A stretch of DNA of 62,021 nucleotides, the filler included, from Globobulimina sp. (Eukaryota), in the NCBI GenBank assembly GCA_003354225.1. It is 12 parts of 12 records of this genome, joined end to end, with 100 filler letters (N's around TTAATTAATTAA, not from the genome) between each part and the next. Parts side by side here need not be neighbours in the genome. Positions count along the whole stretch, not along the records: positions 20,731 to 25,811 come from PIVH01000739.1; positions 25,912 to 30,991 come from PIVH01000740.1; positions 31,092 to 36,169 come from PIVH01000741.1; positions 36,270 to 41,346 come from PIVH01000742.1; 8 more parts are not named here. One strand, 5' to 3'. Positions within the stretch are counted from its first letter, which is position 1. Each line of letters starts with the position of its first letter. Positions 23,847 to 36,456 of the stretch are shown piece by piece. The translations under genes and the position numbers were made by a program. Under the pieces are notes generated by a model. It saw only the letters and a program-made list of their open reading frames with translations, made no database searches and was not told the origin of the DNA.

Positions 23847-24956
23847 ATGATCATGAAAGCACCAATCTTGTTTCAACGATTTGTAGCAAATCTTGGTTTG
23901 GGCTGCCACCTGCAGTCAATTCGTTGTTTTGCTACTAAATCATATTTTGATTGTGATGATAGAGAGGATATAATACAACGCACAAAATGCAGAAAACGTA
24001 ATGGAGAACAAACTGTATCATTGAGAGATGTAAAGATTCCTCATGCACAGATTCGGCAATTTATCAAATTGGTACATCCCGATAGATTCCAAGTGTTTAT
24101 TAACAATAATAATAATTATAATAGTGAGCAATTAAAAATGATGCAACAAGTAAATGAGACAAACTTATCAACATTCAATTCAATCTTAGAATTTTCAAGA
24201 AAACATTCAAAAATGATACACTCCCATTCGAATACAACAAATGTTATAAGTGACCGAATCCTGACACAGAATTCACCAAATCCTGCCAATTTTGAATTTT
24301 ATATTGATAAAAGTATGGACGTATACGATAATAAAGGAACATATTTCAAGCATGTTGAGGCAAAATTTGATTGTAAAGTAATAATACCATTTATCTCTGA
24401 ATTTTATAAAACATTAAACAAAACATTAAATAAATTATTTATGAGTTGTAACATAGAGATAGAGATAGATTCGGATGATAAATGTGTTACAAATATTAAA
24501 AAATTTAGTGATTTGGATATTGATAAAGCAATGAAAATGGCAAATAATGGAGATGAATATTCACAAAATATAATAAATGATGTGATTGAGAAACATTTGT
24601 CTGAAGAGAGCCAACAAAAAAACAAATCATATGGAATAAATGCAATTAAATATAAAATGGAGAATAAGAAAATATATTTTGCATCGACATTAAATAAACA
24701 ACATATTGAAGCAATAATGGACACATTGTATAGGGTTAGTAGTGAATTTGCAATTGATTTAGTTTTTGATTTATGGATTGATGTTCCAATTATTGTGTGT
24801 CAACAAGAAAGGGAATGTTTAAAATGTCCCAATTATGTTGTCGCTATTCCATGGTATTGTGATCATGAAGAATTTGTTTTATATATCCAAGATCAAATTG
24901 TTTCAATTTCACAAAATTATAATAACTATAAAAAAAATAAAACACAACCTCACTGA
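23847..24956 (+). CDS. TCAIM/DUF4460-like protein with mitochondrial presequence
   Basis: Presequence-like N-terminus ending SIRCFA. IRQFIKLVHPDRF...VNETNLSTFNS matches the DUF4460 VHPD...NE.SL pattern. Confidence 0.65.
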   Translation: MIMKAPILFQRFVANLGLGCHLQSIRCFATKSYFDCDDREDIIQRTKCRKRNGEQTVSLRDVKIPHAQIRQFIKLVHPDRFQVFINNNNNYNSEQLKMMQQVNETNLSTFNSILEFSRKHSKMIHSHSNTTNVISDRILTQNSPNPANFEFYIDKSMDVYDNKGTYFKHVEAKFDCKVIIPFISEFYKTLNKTLNKLFMSCNIEIEIDSDDKCVTNIKKFSDLDIDKAMKMANNGDEYSQNIINDVIEKHLSEESQQKNKSYGINAIKYKMENKKIYFASTLNKQHIEAIMDTLYRVSSEFAIDLVFDLWIDVPIIVCQQERECLKCPNYVVAIPWYCDHEEFVLYIQDQIVSISQNYNNYKKNKTQPH

Positions 24957-25035
24957 AATTGAATGTGCATTGTGCAAGGACAGGACACTACAGTCCAGTG
25001 ACTCTAGTCATACTATAATACGGTTTAAACCTAAG

Positions 25036-25811
25036 ATGGTGTGGCTACCACATACAGATATCTTAAATATAAATGATTTTTGTCCATCACAATTTTATTT
25101 TGTGATGGCATTGCATGCAGTATCGATTTTTATAGGTGTAATGATGGGGTATTGTAATATATAGAGAATCTATGAAAATACATAAAATATATTTTTATAG
25201 GTTTTGGATGGGATATCATGCAACATCCAAAATATTAGCAGAATCATGGGAAATGCGACCGATATTTAAATTTAATTTTTATTTGGCGTACATTGCATTT
25301 AACATAATAATGATTGCATGGCCATTGAAAATAATATTTTGTATATCATTGTCAATCTACGCCGGCTTCATCTGCCAAATGGTTTGTATACATTATCAAT
25401 ATGCGCAGGTTCCATATCATTGTCATTATCATTATCAATATTCAATATACGCAGGTTGCAATCTTAGCGAATATGTTTGTAATAATAAGTTTGGTAACAA
25501 CATGGATCGCAAGAATACGAATTGAACTGTCAGATACCAGATATTCCATATCATCCTTTTTAGACATAACAATGATAATATTGTATTCCATTGGTGTCAT
25601 ATCCGCATTAATTGGGACAATTGGTTTGACCGTATCATGGACCATCGAATCTATCCATTTATTGGATGAATCTGCCATTTTAATACTAATTGCTGCCATA
25701 ATGTATTTAATATTATCAATAATATTTTTATATGTTTTTTTTAAGACTTTACAATCAATTTCAATTCAAAAAAGAATAAATCAACAAGCAAATAATATTA
25801 ATAATATGACA
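25036..25811 (+). CDS. Multi-pass membrane protein (GPCR-like), intron-containing, 3' truncated
   Basis: Successive hydrophobic ORF segments separated by GT-AG intron-like gaps. Confidence 0.45.
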
Positions 25812-26562
25812 NNNNNNNNNNNNNNNNNNNNNNNNNNNNNNNNNNNNNNNNNNNNTTAATTAATTAANNNNNNNNNNNNNNNNNNNNNNNNNNNNNNNNN
25901 NNNNNNNNNNNAGTAAAGAATCAAAACAACACTCGATTACCTGCGCGATTCTAGATTGTCTGCATTGATCGACAGACACTCAATGCACTATTCTCATTCA
26001 TGCCATTGAGTCTTGTTGGCTTTTGCATAAAAATAAAATCTTACAAAGTGCGATTGATTTATTGTTTTTATAAACTCCCATGTGACTCTCCAAAAACAAT
26101 ATTTCATCGGAAATCAATCTTATTTTGTTCATTTGATCATTTGTAAAATAAACCCATGGGTTAAATTGACAGTGTGGCATCGCTGTTGTGAGAGGGCCAC
26201 ATTAAAAAGGATGGGATTACTGTTCGTTTGGTGCCCATAAAAAGGCGGTATGAGAAATTTTGTGAATTCAGTGTTCTAACACGGCGAGGTTAAAAGTAGA
26301 GTCTGACAGCAACAGCATTTTAGAATTAAGTCTCCCGATTTAACACAACTTTTCTGTTTGAAATTGACTAGTTCATGTCTGAAATTCAAGTTGTAATGAG
26401 ATTTTCTTTGAATTTTCAGTCTCTGATTCTTAAATCATTTTACATTTTTGACATTTTGTGACGATTTTCAGTTTGAAACTGGAAATGGCCAATTTGGGTG
26501 TGAATGAGCAGTGAATCTGCAGTTGTTTTACATTTTGAAACTGGTTATTGATTTTTTGGTAT

Positions 26563-26696
26563 TTATCTGACCCTATTATCTGACCCTATTATCTGACCCT
26601 ATTATGCTACCTTATTATACGACCCTATTATGCAACCCTATTATACGACCCTATTATACGACCCTATTATACGACCCTATTATGCGACCCTATTAT
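26563..26696. repeat. 13-bp minisatellite, 10 copies (TTATACGACCCTA variants)
   Basis: TTATCTGACCCTA x3, then TTATACGACCCTA/TTATGCGACCCTA-type units. Confidence 0.92.
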
Positions 26697-28850
26697 TGCT
26701 CTCCTCTGTGTTTTTCTGTTCTTCGATGATTGCTTCACTCACTTTGTATCCATATCATAGCCAATGTCAATGTCAATGGCACTCTCAGTCTCAGTCTCTC
26801 CGCAATTCATCCAATGCAAATTGTGTATTGTAGATTCCAATCGCCAATGATGTATGAAGGTTTTTTATCTTAAATTTCCACATATGTTTTCTTTGTTTGA
26901 CTGTGTTTCTTAAAATGGATGTAGCCAGAGTGGGATGACAAGGTAGTATAGAGTCGGAAGGCAACTGAATCTCAATACAATTCTTGTCAATATCGATTAC
27001 GGGAAGACATAGCCAACCCAACTATGAAAGCTACAGCAAATCCAACACCGAATCCAACATTGACAGCCAAGAAGACATCGTTCATTGAGAGAAACTGAAA
27101 CAAACATTCGCTATTCCGCAGAACGGTTTGCAGCTATTTTCACTGAAGAATTACATCGCCACATACGTGGACAAAACGAGAATCATATGACGAGGATTGA
27201 GTGAATTAGACACGAATGAAAGTGACGACTATAGCTCATACCACGGAATTATCTCACCAATAGAGCAGTTATACTTACAGTTATACTCACAAAGTGACGA
27301 CATGTAGCGGCACATAATTGCATATTACTTGGGACGAATTATTTGAGACCGAACAGGTCGAGAACGGTGTAGAGAGTTTAGCAGTCATTATTTGGATTTG
27401 TTTGTTTAAATATGCAATCAAATTATCAATGCAATTCATTTCAATGCAATATGATCGATAAAATGCATTGAAAATTATGACCACGCAAAAAGTTAACATT
27501 GTTCATGATTTATGGGGAAAAAATTCATTGAAAAAGCATTTAAACAGGAAATCAGATAAATATTTTATTAATGAAGATTTTAGAACAAAGAAAGCAAATG
27601 AAAACTATTAAATGTTGTCAGAAATGACAATGTATATATTATCTTAATCTATTGCAAACACTAATGGGAACATTATATATGAGGGGGGCAGAAACATATC
27701 GTTTATTCAGTGGTTTTCAACTTAACACCATGTGTTCTCACTTTTAAACTTCGAATCATTGAACAAAGAGGAGCAAATCTAAACATCGAATCATGATCAA
27801 TATACGAATCCACAATGTCGTAGAATTATTAAAAGCAGAACAGATATTTGAAGAGAAAGAAAGAGGTGCGGAAAAGTCTTGAATGAATTCGGGCCAAATC
27901 GATTGAGACATTTTGAAAATAATAATAATATGAGCAATGAAAATGAGAATGAGAGAAAAACTGAGGGAAATATGAGCTGTTAAATGGGTCATGATAAAAT
28001 CATGAAATAGACATTAATGAACCATTTTGGACCGGAAAAAAAATATGAGATATCTGTGCAGCATAGAAAACACTTTTCGCAGCATTAAATTTTTTTTAAA
28101 ATGGACAATGTTGGACGTGTTGGTTAAATCGTGTAATTGATCGGGTAATGTTGTACGGTGCGCTTCTAAACAATCTAAATTAATATCAAACGAATCAGAC
28201 ATGATTAGCAAGGCGGAATGTTTTTTAGTGAATTGTCGTTGAATTGAATGTCACCATTAATTGCATCGTGTATGTACAGTTGGTATTTACATACTATCAA
28301 AGAGATCACCATTAACGTATGTAATGGGGTGCCAATCCCATTTGGGTTCATCTTCGATATGTCGGGCAAGTTTTCACGTCACGATTGGCATTTTACGATT
28401 TGCGACATGTATTTGGAAAGCTACGGAAAGCTACCGTCATTACAACCAATCAGGATGCAAATTCATCTATTTTTCTGTTCTATTTTATCAGGAAAAGATG
28501 CGTTTACATTCAGTCTGATGAGAGCTATCGACTCAACCAGTTTTTGCATGTTGTCGAACCACAAAGGTACAGGTCCTCTCAGGCAAATATGCGGTACAAA
28601 TTGTTTTGTACACAGAAAAAAGAGGGCGAGACAGACAAGAAAAGGAAGAGAGACGGGGACGCAATGGAAGAGGAAAACGAGAGAAAAAAGAGAGACATGA
28701 GAGGGAGGACAGGAAGGAGAGGGAGGTCAGGAGACACCTAATGTTAATAAACCTGTTATTATAGAATCACGAGGTGATATCGTATCATCAAATGTTTGCC
28801 TACCCGTGTAATGTGCTAATGAGTTTACAAACCATGTGCCATGATGCACG

Positions 28851-28996
28851 TTTCAAAATATGAAAAATAACTAGAAAAAAACGGACATTTGATTCTGATT
28901 TGAATGTCAGTTTCGAAATATGAAAAATAACTAGAAAAAAACGGACATTTGAATGTCAGTTTCGAAATATGAAAAATAACTAGAAAAAACGGACAT
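28851..28996. repeat. About 47-58 bp tandem repeat, 3 copies
   Basis: AAATATGAAAAATAACTAGAAAAAAACGGACAT core occurs three times. Confidence 0.88.
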
Positions 28997-29140
28997 GTTT
29001 TTTTTCTCTTATTTGAAGGTCCTCAAGTGATGTCATACAAAAAATCAAAAACTGAAAAAAAGACAGAATTGAATGAATTATCATCAACAAAACATTTTGA
29101 AGGTTGTTATTTGCTGTCAACTGGACGGCTTAAACGCCTC

Positions 29141-29662
29141 TTAATACTCAACACATCTTGCTTCACATTCAAATTCTGGAACTTGTACTCTTGGCCCCAA
29201 ATTCCAATCTCGAAACGTACGTGCACAATTATCATGACCATCCAAATATCCACAGCCGTGAGACCAAACTTTGCGCCCGCCATCGATACCATCTGAAATG
29301 CACCTCCAAGAACACGTAAGGCCTGGGCCACAATGACGGAGATCAGACCATCTACATTTACCATGCTTTGCCACTGTGGCCCATGGGTCCATTGGGGCCA
29401 CATCAAAATTCGGCATTGCCCATGGCAAGATCGATTCTTGCATCTTACCGTTCTTGTCCTCGTACCTCGCGAGTAATTTCCTTTGTCTGTTCTCGTAAAC
29501 GATGGATACACTTCCCAAAATAACCATCAATACACTTCCCAAAATTACTAGGCAAATAATGGCTGTTTTGCGATTAAATAATGTTTTGCGATTTACAGAT
29601 AATTTGGATTCGATGCCAATAATTGTGTGTTCTGGATTGTTGCGCACAGTCTTTGTGTCCAT
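29141..29662 (-). CDS. Type II membrane protein with Cys-rich C-terminal domain
   Basis: 173-aa ORF with TM AIICLVILGSVLMVILGSVSIVY and eight Cys in the last ~70 aa. Confidence 0.55.
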   Translation of the reverse strand: MDTKTVRNNPEHTIIGIESKLSVNRKTLFNRKTAIICLVILGSVLMVILGSVSIVYENRQRKLLARYEDKNGKMQESILPWAMPNFDVAPMDPWATVAKHGKCRWSDLRHCGPGLTCSWRCISDGIDGGRKVWSHGCGYLDGHDNCARTFRDWNLGPRVQVPEFECEARCVEY

Positions 29663-30085
29663 CTTAATTTGTGTGGTGTGGTTGTACGTCTTAAATAATG
29701 TTGATCGCGATCGGAAAAAAGGTTATTTTAATTTTAGATTTGTTTAGATTATAGTCTCATAATCATAAAATTGGTATAATATATGTGATTATGAATATAT
29801 CCAATGCAATTATGAGTTTGAATCGAATTTGAGGACTGAAATCATATATGTTTGGTTCTTATCATTGCATTCATTCGTTCGCAATTGTGCTCTTTTAGAT
29901 TTTGTTGGATTTATGATATGTTTGACCAAAGCAGTGACACTTTTCAAATCATTATTGAATGATTTCTTTTGCATGTATTGAATGAGGAAATGAATGAACA
30001 TATAGTTTTCCCACTTGTTTTAAGAATCTAAAATGGAACCTTTGATTAGATTCCGTTTGCTGACGTCACAATGGGCATTTTGCTC

Positions 30086-30440
30086 TTATTACCTTTTTCG
30101 AAACGGTTTGCCTTTTTATTATTGCAAATTTCTCAAATTTTTCAAACTTGTAATTCCGAAATATTTGCAAAGTTTACAAATTGACCAAAAGTGAAAAAAT
30201 GAAAAAATCAAAATTTTGCAAAAAGCATCAAAAGTGCAATTTTATTTTTTCTGAAGTGCACATATCCATAGCAATTCTGGAATTGGATTTACCATTCTTT
30301 CAATTTTTCAAATTTTGCCACTTCATTTTTTGTGCTTTTGCTAAGTTTGCAGATTTGTCAGTATTTCGGAATTACAAGTTTGAATAATATTGAGAAATTT
30401 GGAATAATAAAAAGGCAAACCGTTTCGAAAAAGGTAATAA
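30086..30440. mobile_element. Foldback/MITE-like element with long terminal inverted repeats
   Basis: Outer 38 bp form a perfect inverted repeat (TTATTACCTTTTTCGAAACGGTTTGCCTTTTTATTATT). Imperfect symmetry continues for about 140 bp. No credible ORF. Confidence 0.7.
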
Positions 30441-31375
30441 CTGAAATCAAACAAACAAACCTTTTTCTCTGCTTAATTAGTTTTTTCACTACGACGGACA
30501 CTGGCAAGTCTCTGCAATGCGAGCGTCTACTTTTACAGTTCGGATATTAAGCTATACTTTCATTTGATTCCCAAAATCTATGGAAATGAATCAATCCAAT
30601 CACACAAACCTAACGTATTAAATTCAAAACACATTGCTATGCATATGCAGGAACTAGTTTATGATTGGTATTTGGTCATGGATCTTTGGAGCATTTAAAC
30701 TTATTATGGTCAAAGGCAATGAGCAATGGACATTCAAGGATATGATTGCGTATATTTTAATCTGCACTTTGGAATTGGATATATTTATTGAACAATACTG
30801 GATCATTGCTCGATCGGAAACATAAATTGACATGCACGGATCCATTGGTCGGAAATTACATCTGCATGTGTATACTGACTCTGAATCAATGCAGAAACAG
30901 AGAGATAATATATTGAATTGGACAATGGTTTAATTAATTAAACCGCTCTGTGATCAGTGTTATCTACAGAGTGCATTGATTAGATATATATNNNNNNNNN
31001 NNNNNNNNNNNNNNNNNNNNNNNNNNNNNNNNNNNTTAATTAATTAANNNNNNNNNNNNNNNNNNNNNNNNNNNNNNNNNNNNNNNNNNNNCTGAAAAAT
31101 TGAAAAAAACGTTTTTCATCAACGTTTTTCATCAATTTATAGATAACAATAACATGTATGCAGCAAATAATTGAATATAATACCAATATTCTCTCAGAAT
31201 AACGTTTGGAATACAAACGTGTTCGCTATTTAGACAGTGAGTTACAGGTCAAACAAGTGACCAGTAGTAACTGTTGGACTAAGCAGTGAACCAAAATGAG
31301 CCAGTAAATTGTTGGACTGAGCAAGTAAATGAATTCGTACAAAATTAAGCTCACAGTTTTTGTTTAACTACATGC

Positions 31376-32665
31376 ATGATGTGGTCCCTCCGATTATTAT
31401 ACTTTATTATGTTTATTCGATATTCAGGGTTTGGTCGATTTTTTACATTGTTTTTATTGTGGCAAGGAATGTCAAACTCGCAAATTGGTATAATATTAAG
31501 TGTTGCAATATTATCCAGAACCATTAGTATCTTCATTTTATCCATAATAACAGATTCAAGAAAATATCATAAACATAAAGTTGTAATCATACAAATTGTA
31601 ATATTTTTATCAGGTTGCACATCGTTGTTATATTTATTACCACCATATTGGTTACAATATGAGCTCAATAATATACAATTATTTATTTATTTTTTAATCG
31701 TCACTATAATTTTTTACCTATTTACATGGTCAGAATATCCTTTAATAATCGCATTGACAATGATTAAGCTCTCGGAAACAAACAATAAAATAAAGTATGG
31801 AATGTATCGGAGTTATGGTGCCATATCATGGGGAATAATGCATTTATTTATTGGGCTCTGTTTAGAGTTTAAAATTATAAGCTTAACCTCTCTGATATTT
31901 TTGTATGTGATGTTAATACCATTTAATTTGATTATAAATTATCTAACATTTGGACGAGAAAGTACTAAACCACCAACAAACGAAGATTATGGTACAATAA
32001 ATATAAAAGAATGCAATAAAGCATCAAAATGGAGCACGTTATTATATATTTTAAATAATCCAAGCATACTAAGTACAGTTTTGTTGATATTTTGTGTTGG
32101 CGGTGGCAGGAATGTATTGGAATCATTTTTATTTATTTATATTTATACACAATATGCAAACAGTTTATTTTTATATGGTTTGTTAGGACTTTCTGTATTA
32201 ATTACTATAACATTTGAATTTCCTTTATTTATATTTGAGAAACCATTGGTGAAATACTTCGGATTTCGTGTTATGATAATATTTGGTTCGATATTTTTAA
32301 TTATTCGATTTGTGGGATATACCCTGTTGAATGATAATACATTGATTTATGGATTCTTACTAATTGAATTTCTTCACGGTTTGTCCTTTGCGTTAATTGA
32401 CATGTCAATGGTTACCATTTGCAGTGATTTATTTCCATATAATATGCAAATCATTGCTCAAGGTTTATTAACTGTTATTAAATCAGGCATTGCGCCGTTT
32501 ATATTTGTGCTAATAGCTGGTGTTATATTTGATAAATTTGGCGGGATTTTGTTGTTTCGGTGTATGGCGGTCACAGAAGCAGTTGCATTGATTTTATTTG
32601 TTATCTTGACCACAAATAATAAATTAAAAAGTCAAACGGAAATGCAACTTGCAAATGGAGTGTAA
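31376..32665 (+). CDS. MFS transporter (MFS_1-like / MFSD6-like)
   Basis: About 12 hydrophobic segments, YGMYRSYGAISWG, EFLHGLSFAL, AQGLL. Confidence 0.85.
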   Translation: MMWSLRLLYFIMFIRYSGFGRFFTLFLLWQGMSNSQIGIILSVAILSRTISIFILSIITDSRKYHKHKVVIIQIVIFLSGCTSLLYLLPPYWLQYELNNIQLFIYFLIVTIIFYLFTWSEYPLIIALTMIKLSETNNKIKYGMYRSYGAISWGIMHLFIGLCLEFKIISLTSLIFLYVMLIPFNLIINYLTFGRESTKPPTNEDYGTINIKECNKASKWSTLLYILNNPSILSTVLLIFCVGGGRNVLESFLFIYIYTQYANSLFLYGLLGLSVLITITFEFPLFIFEKPLVKYFGFRVMIIFGSIFLIIRFVGYTLLNDNTLIYGFLLIEFLHGLSFALIDMSMVTICSDLFPYNMQIIAQGLLTVIKSGIAPFIFVLIAGVIFDKFGGILLFRCMAVTEAVALILFVILTTNNKLKSQTEMQLANGV

Positions 32666-32741
32666 CAGCTACATGTACAATAATCATAATTCAGACTGTT
32701 TTAATTAACTTATAATCTCCGATATTATTAACTTGTATACA

Positions 32742-33593
32742 ATGAAAACAAGCACATCGTTCCCTTTACCAACTAGATATTGTAAATATCATCTATTTGG
32801 ACGATGTAAAGCAACACTTTGCAACCATACACATGACATTGCAAAAGCAAAACTCGTTAGTTGTCGGAAAATGAATGTGCATGCATCAAATGCTGACATG
32901 GATCATATTATCAGTTTCATAAAAGATAATTCTCATATCGAACATTTAAATTTTGGAAGAAATCACATTTCCAACAAACATGCAAATGAAATAGCTCAAT
33001 TATTAGTGTGTCCACACCGTAAAATATTAAGTTTATGTTTAGATTCAACGTGTTTAGGAAGATCCGGATTTATTGCAATTATAAACGCTGCATCAAAGTC
33101 ACGACACTTAACATATTTAGATGTTTCAGATACTAATTGTATACCAACTATATCTTCAGAAATGATTGAATATCATACAAACGAGCTCGAGGTGATACAG
33201 TCTATTATAACATTATTATCATCAATAAAGTGTAATATCCAACATTTAATAATCGGACATAATAAACTACATTATGCTCAATGTAAATTCATTGCGAAAT
33301 ATGCAGCAAAACGTGGTTTAATAACATTGGATTTATTTGGAAATGAACTTAGTGCAAAGCAATTATGTGATATTCAGGATGATTTGTATTTGAATAGAAG
33401 AAGAATATTAACTGATGAGATTGATAAAATTAAAGAGATACCGATATGTATACAATTAATGATTGCTGAATATTCCATTCATAAATCACAATCTTTTTAC
33501 AGATGTTTTAAATGGGAACCGCGGCGATCACAGTCTGTTTACCGATGTTTTAAATGGGAATTGACATCTTCAAGAATCTGTTCAAGAATCTGA
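32742..33593 (+). CDS. CCCH zinc finger plus RNI-like leucine-rich repeat protein
   Basis: CKYHLFGRCKATLCNHTH; LRRs IEHLNFGRNHI, ILSLCLDSTCL, LTYLDVSDT, IQHLIIGHNKL, LITLDLFGNEL. Confidence 0.75.
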   Translation: MKTSTSFPLPTRYCKYHLFGRCKATLCNHTHDIAKAKLVSCRKMNVHASNADMDHIISFIKDNSHIEHLNFGRNHISNKHANEIAQLLVCPHRKILSLCLDSTCLGRSGFIAIINAASKSRHLTYLDVSDTNCIPTISSEMIEYHTNELEVIQSIITLLSSIKCNIQHLIIGHNKLHYAQCKFIAKYAAKRGLITLDLFGNELSAKQLCDIQDDLYLNRRRILTDEIDKIKEIPICIQLMIAEYSIHKSQSFYRCFKWEPRRSQSVYRCFKWELTSSRICSRI

Positions 33594-34789
33594 TTTTATA
33601 TATGTTCAAGAATCTGGTTTCTTTCTTGATTTAGAGAAAGAGCCATAATCAGCTTTGATGTTAATAAATTTTGTATTTGTATATCGCAGCATTATAGCTT
33701 AATTAATAATAATAAAAACTAAATTTGTACATGTTTGTCGTTTAAAATCTGATCATCGATCCGGGACGATCCCAAAACAGTTTTAAAAATAATCATTGGC
33801 CTTTTCAGGTGCCACGAAATATGATTTTATTGTTGTATTACTCAGATGAACGCATTGCGAGTATGTTAAATTCTGCAGTTTTTCACAACTGTGAGAGAAT
33901 GTACCAACGCATCACTCAGTTGTGTTGATTATAAAAATATAAACGAAGTCAAGCAATGTGTCGAAGAAGTAAATGTATTAAATATAATAATACCACCACC
34001 ACCTCCACTTAGTCCACATGAAGGTGTTTATCTGTTTATGTTTATCACTGTCCTCATAAGGGGTTGTTCTTATATTGCGCAATATAAGAACAACCCCTAA
34101 CTAATGTCACTAAAAAATCATTTAAGAGTTGGTAAGCACGTTTTTACGCACACAAAAAAGGAAATGGTTGGAAAATACTATGTACAGTTTGCAAACATAT
34201 ATATCAAACAACAAATCAATAATTAAAAAAATTAACATTATACAATATACACAGTTATTAGACAGACATCAAATGGAGATTTATCAGAGTCATCAGACTT
34301 ACCATTGAGCTCTAAATATATTAATATTATAAATAAAATCTTAGACTCTAAGCCAATTATTAGAGCCCCTAAGCCATTGATATCGTTTGTATATTATAAT
34401 ATATCACCACAACAAAAAGATAATCAACGTGATCATGATGTACATATTGAGGTTAATGATTTATTGGATGCAAAAATACCATTTAATGATAGAGTTAATA
34501 TAAATTTGAGGAAAAGAGCGGCACTTTTAAGAAAAGTTAAAGATAAAAAAGATAAAAAGAAAATACCAAAATTCAGATATTCAAAACATGGCAAATTATC
34601 ACATTTATTGCGTAATAAAAAAAGACATTCATATCATCGATGAAAATATTGATAATTATAAATATACCAACTTTTTGTGTGATCATTGGTGACAAATTAA
34701 ATATAAAATTCTTTTTGTTTTGTGTGATCATTATTACGTGTCTAACTCACACTGTGTCACTTCAGCTTTTTTCACTTCAGCTCTCCAGC

Positions 34790-36138
34790 ATGTCAGCAAG
34801 AAAAAATGAGATGAAAAATAGAATAAATGATGTACCTTGTAATTCATTGGCAAACCATGTTGAAAATAGATATGAAATTGGTGACATTAAAGAAAGTGAA
34901 GATATATTCGATGTACAATTTGCAGATATCCCACCTGCTAAATTCAAAGGATACCATGGTCGATTAGTTGGTTGTAATGGAGATTGTGGCTCTCAATTTT
35001 CACAATTTATCGATTATTGTGTTCATCAAAAAGTTAATTCACAATATATATGTCTGTTAATTATATATTTACATCTGATCATAGTCTTCGTTTCCTGTCC
35101 CAGGCATTTCCAGAACAACAAATATGGAATGAAACGATTAAAGCAGCATTGTATTCGTCTGGCGATCAATTCCCATTAAGACAACTGTTGATTGAATTGA
35201 TGCAAACAAATCAGATAAATAATAAAAACGATATTTATGACGATTTAATGAAAGAAAATTATTTCGTTAAAAACGATAACGATGTTTACAGGATCAAAGA
35301 ATTAATATTCCATTTTTTTTTAGATAATCATACTGATATTTTACAGCAATTAGCAAATTCAACGTGCTGTATTCCAAACAGATCATTGTTAGACGAAGTA
35401 TATGCATATAATCAGAGACAACCACAACATAATAATAATCACTGTATTCCAATTGATTTGGAAGCAATTCAAAACAGAATAATTCGTCTTAAATCAGGGC
35501 AGAAATATGCTGCAATGAAGGAAAAAAACTGTGCACTGTCAAATGCAGAAATATTAAGTATTTTATTATACTGCGATTATGATATATTTGCTAATCGAAT
35601 GCGAGCTTCCCATCGCGAAGAAAATCTTAATTCCTGTGAATGGAGGGCATTATTTTCCTGTTTACATTCAGGAATCAGCAAAATTCATAAAGTGTTTCAT
35701 TTTAAAAATAAGCGTTTCCATTCGAAATATGTGAAATATCGAAAGGATAACAAATTATTTCGCGGGTTACATGATGTTTCATTGAATGCTGATCAACAAA
35801 CCCAACCATTGCATACAATTACCAGTTTTTCAGAATGCTGTGCTGTTGCGAACTCATTCACGTTTGGTGATGGTCTGATAATTGTTGTACAGGATGCATT
35901 TCAGGCAATTTATAGAGGGGATGTTAAAGCGGCGGATGTTTCGTGGATTTCAGCCTTTTCAAATGAAATTGAATGGATTGTACTGCCGGTTACATTGACG
36001 TCCATCGCAAACGTAACAAATGATAGGAATTATTGCAGATATTTAAGGGGAGGACATGTTGAAATGTATAGAACTAAGTTTGAGGAAAACGAATGTAACG
36101 TCACGACACTTAACATATTTAGATGTTTCAGATACTAA
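34790..36138 (+). CDS. Putative mono-ADP-ribosyltransferase (R-S-ExE type); 2 exons
   Basis: Intron 35033-35103 joins the frames. ILSILLYCD, KLFRGL, ITSFSECCAVANSF, ADVSWISAFSNEIEWIVLP. Confidence 0.7.
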
Positions 36139-36456
36139 TTGTATACCAACTATATCTTCAGAAATGATTNNNNNNNNNNNNNNNNNNNNNNNNNNNNNNN
36201 NNNNNNNNNNNNNTTAATTAATTAANNNNNNNNNNNNNNNNNNNNNNNNNNNNNNNNNNNNNNNNNNNNCCTATCAAGTATCCAATGACAGTTGAACTAG
36301 AACTGGATCAAACACAATGTTGTTGTGTGACTTGTGCCATGTTGTGACTGTAAGTGCAATCTGCTCTGCTGTGAAATTACTATCTTCTGACTGAAATGTA
36401 TACAAATAATTAATTAATTATTACAAAAACACTGTCATGAAACGTACAATTTTAAC

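Noticed and set aside
28248-28741. ORFs ending in Arg/Glu/Lys-rich tails
   Set aside because: They arise from a GA-rich low-complexity tract and show no domain evidence.
26563-28996. Tandem repeats as a CRISPR array
   Set aside because: No unique spacers, no cas genes, and a eukaryotic context.
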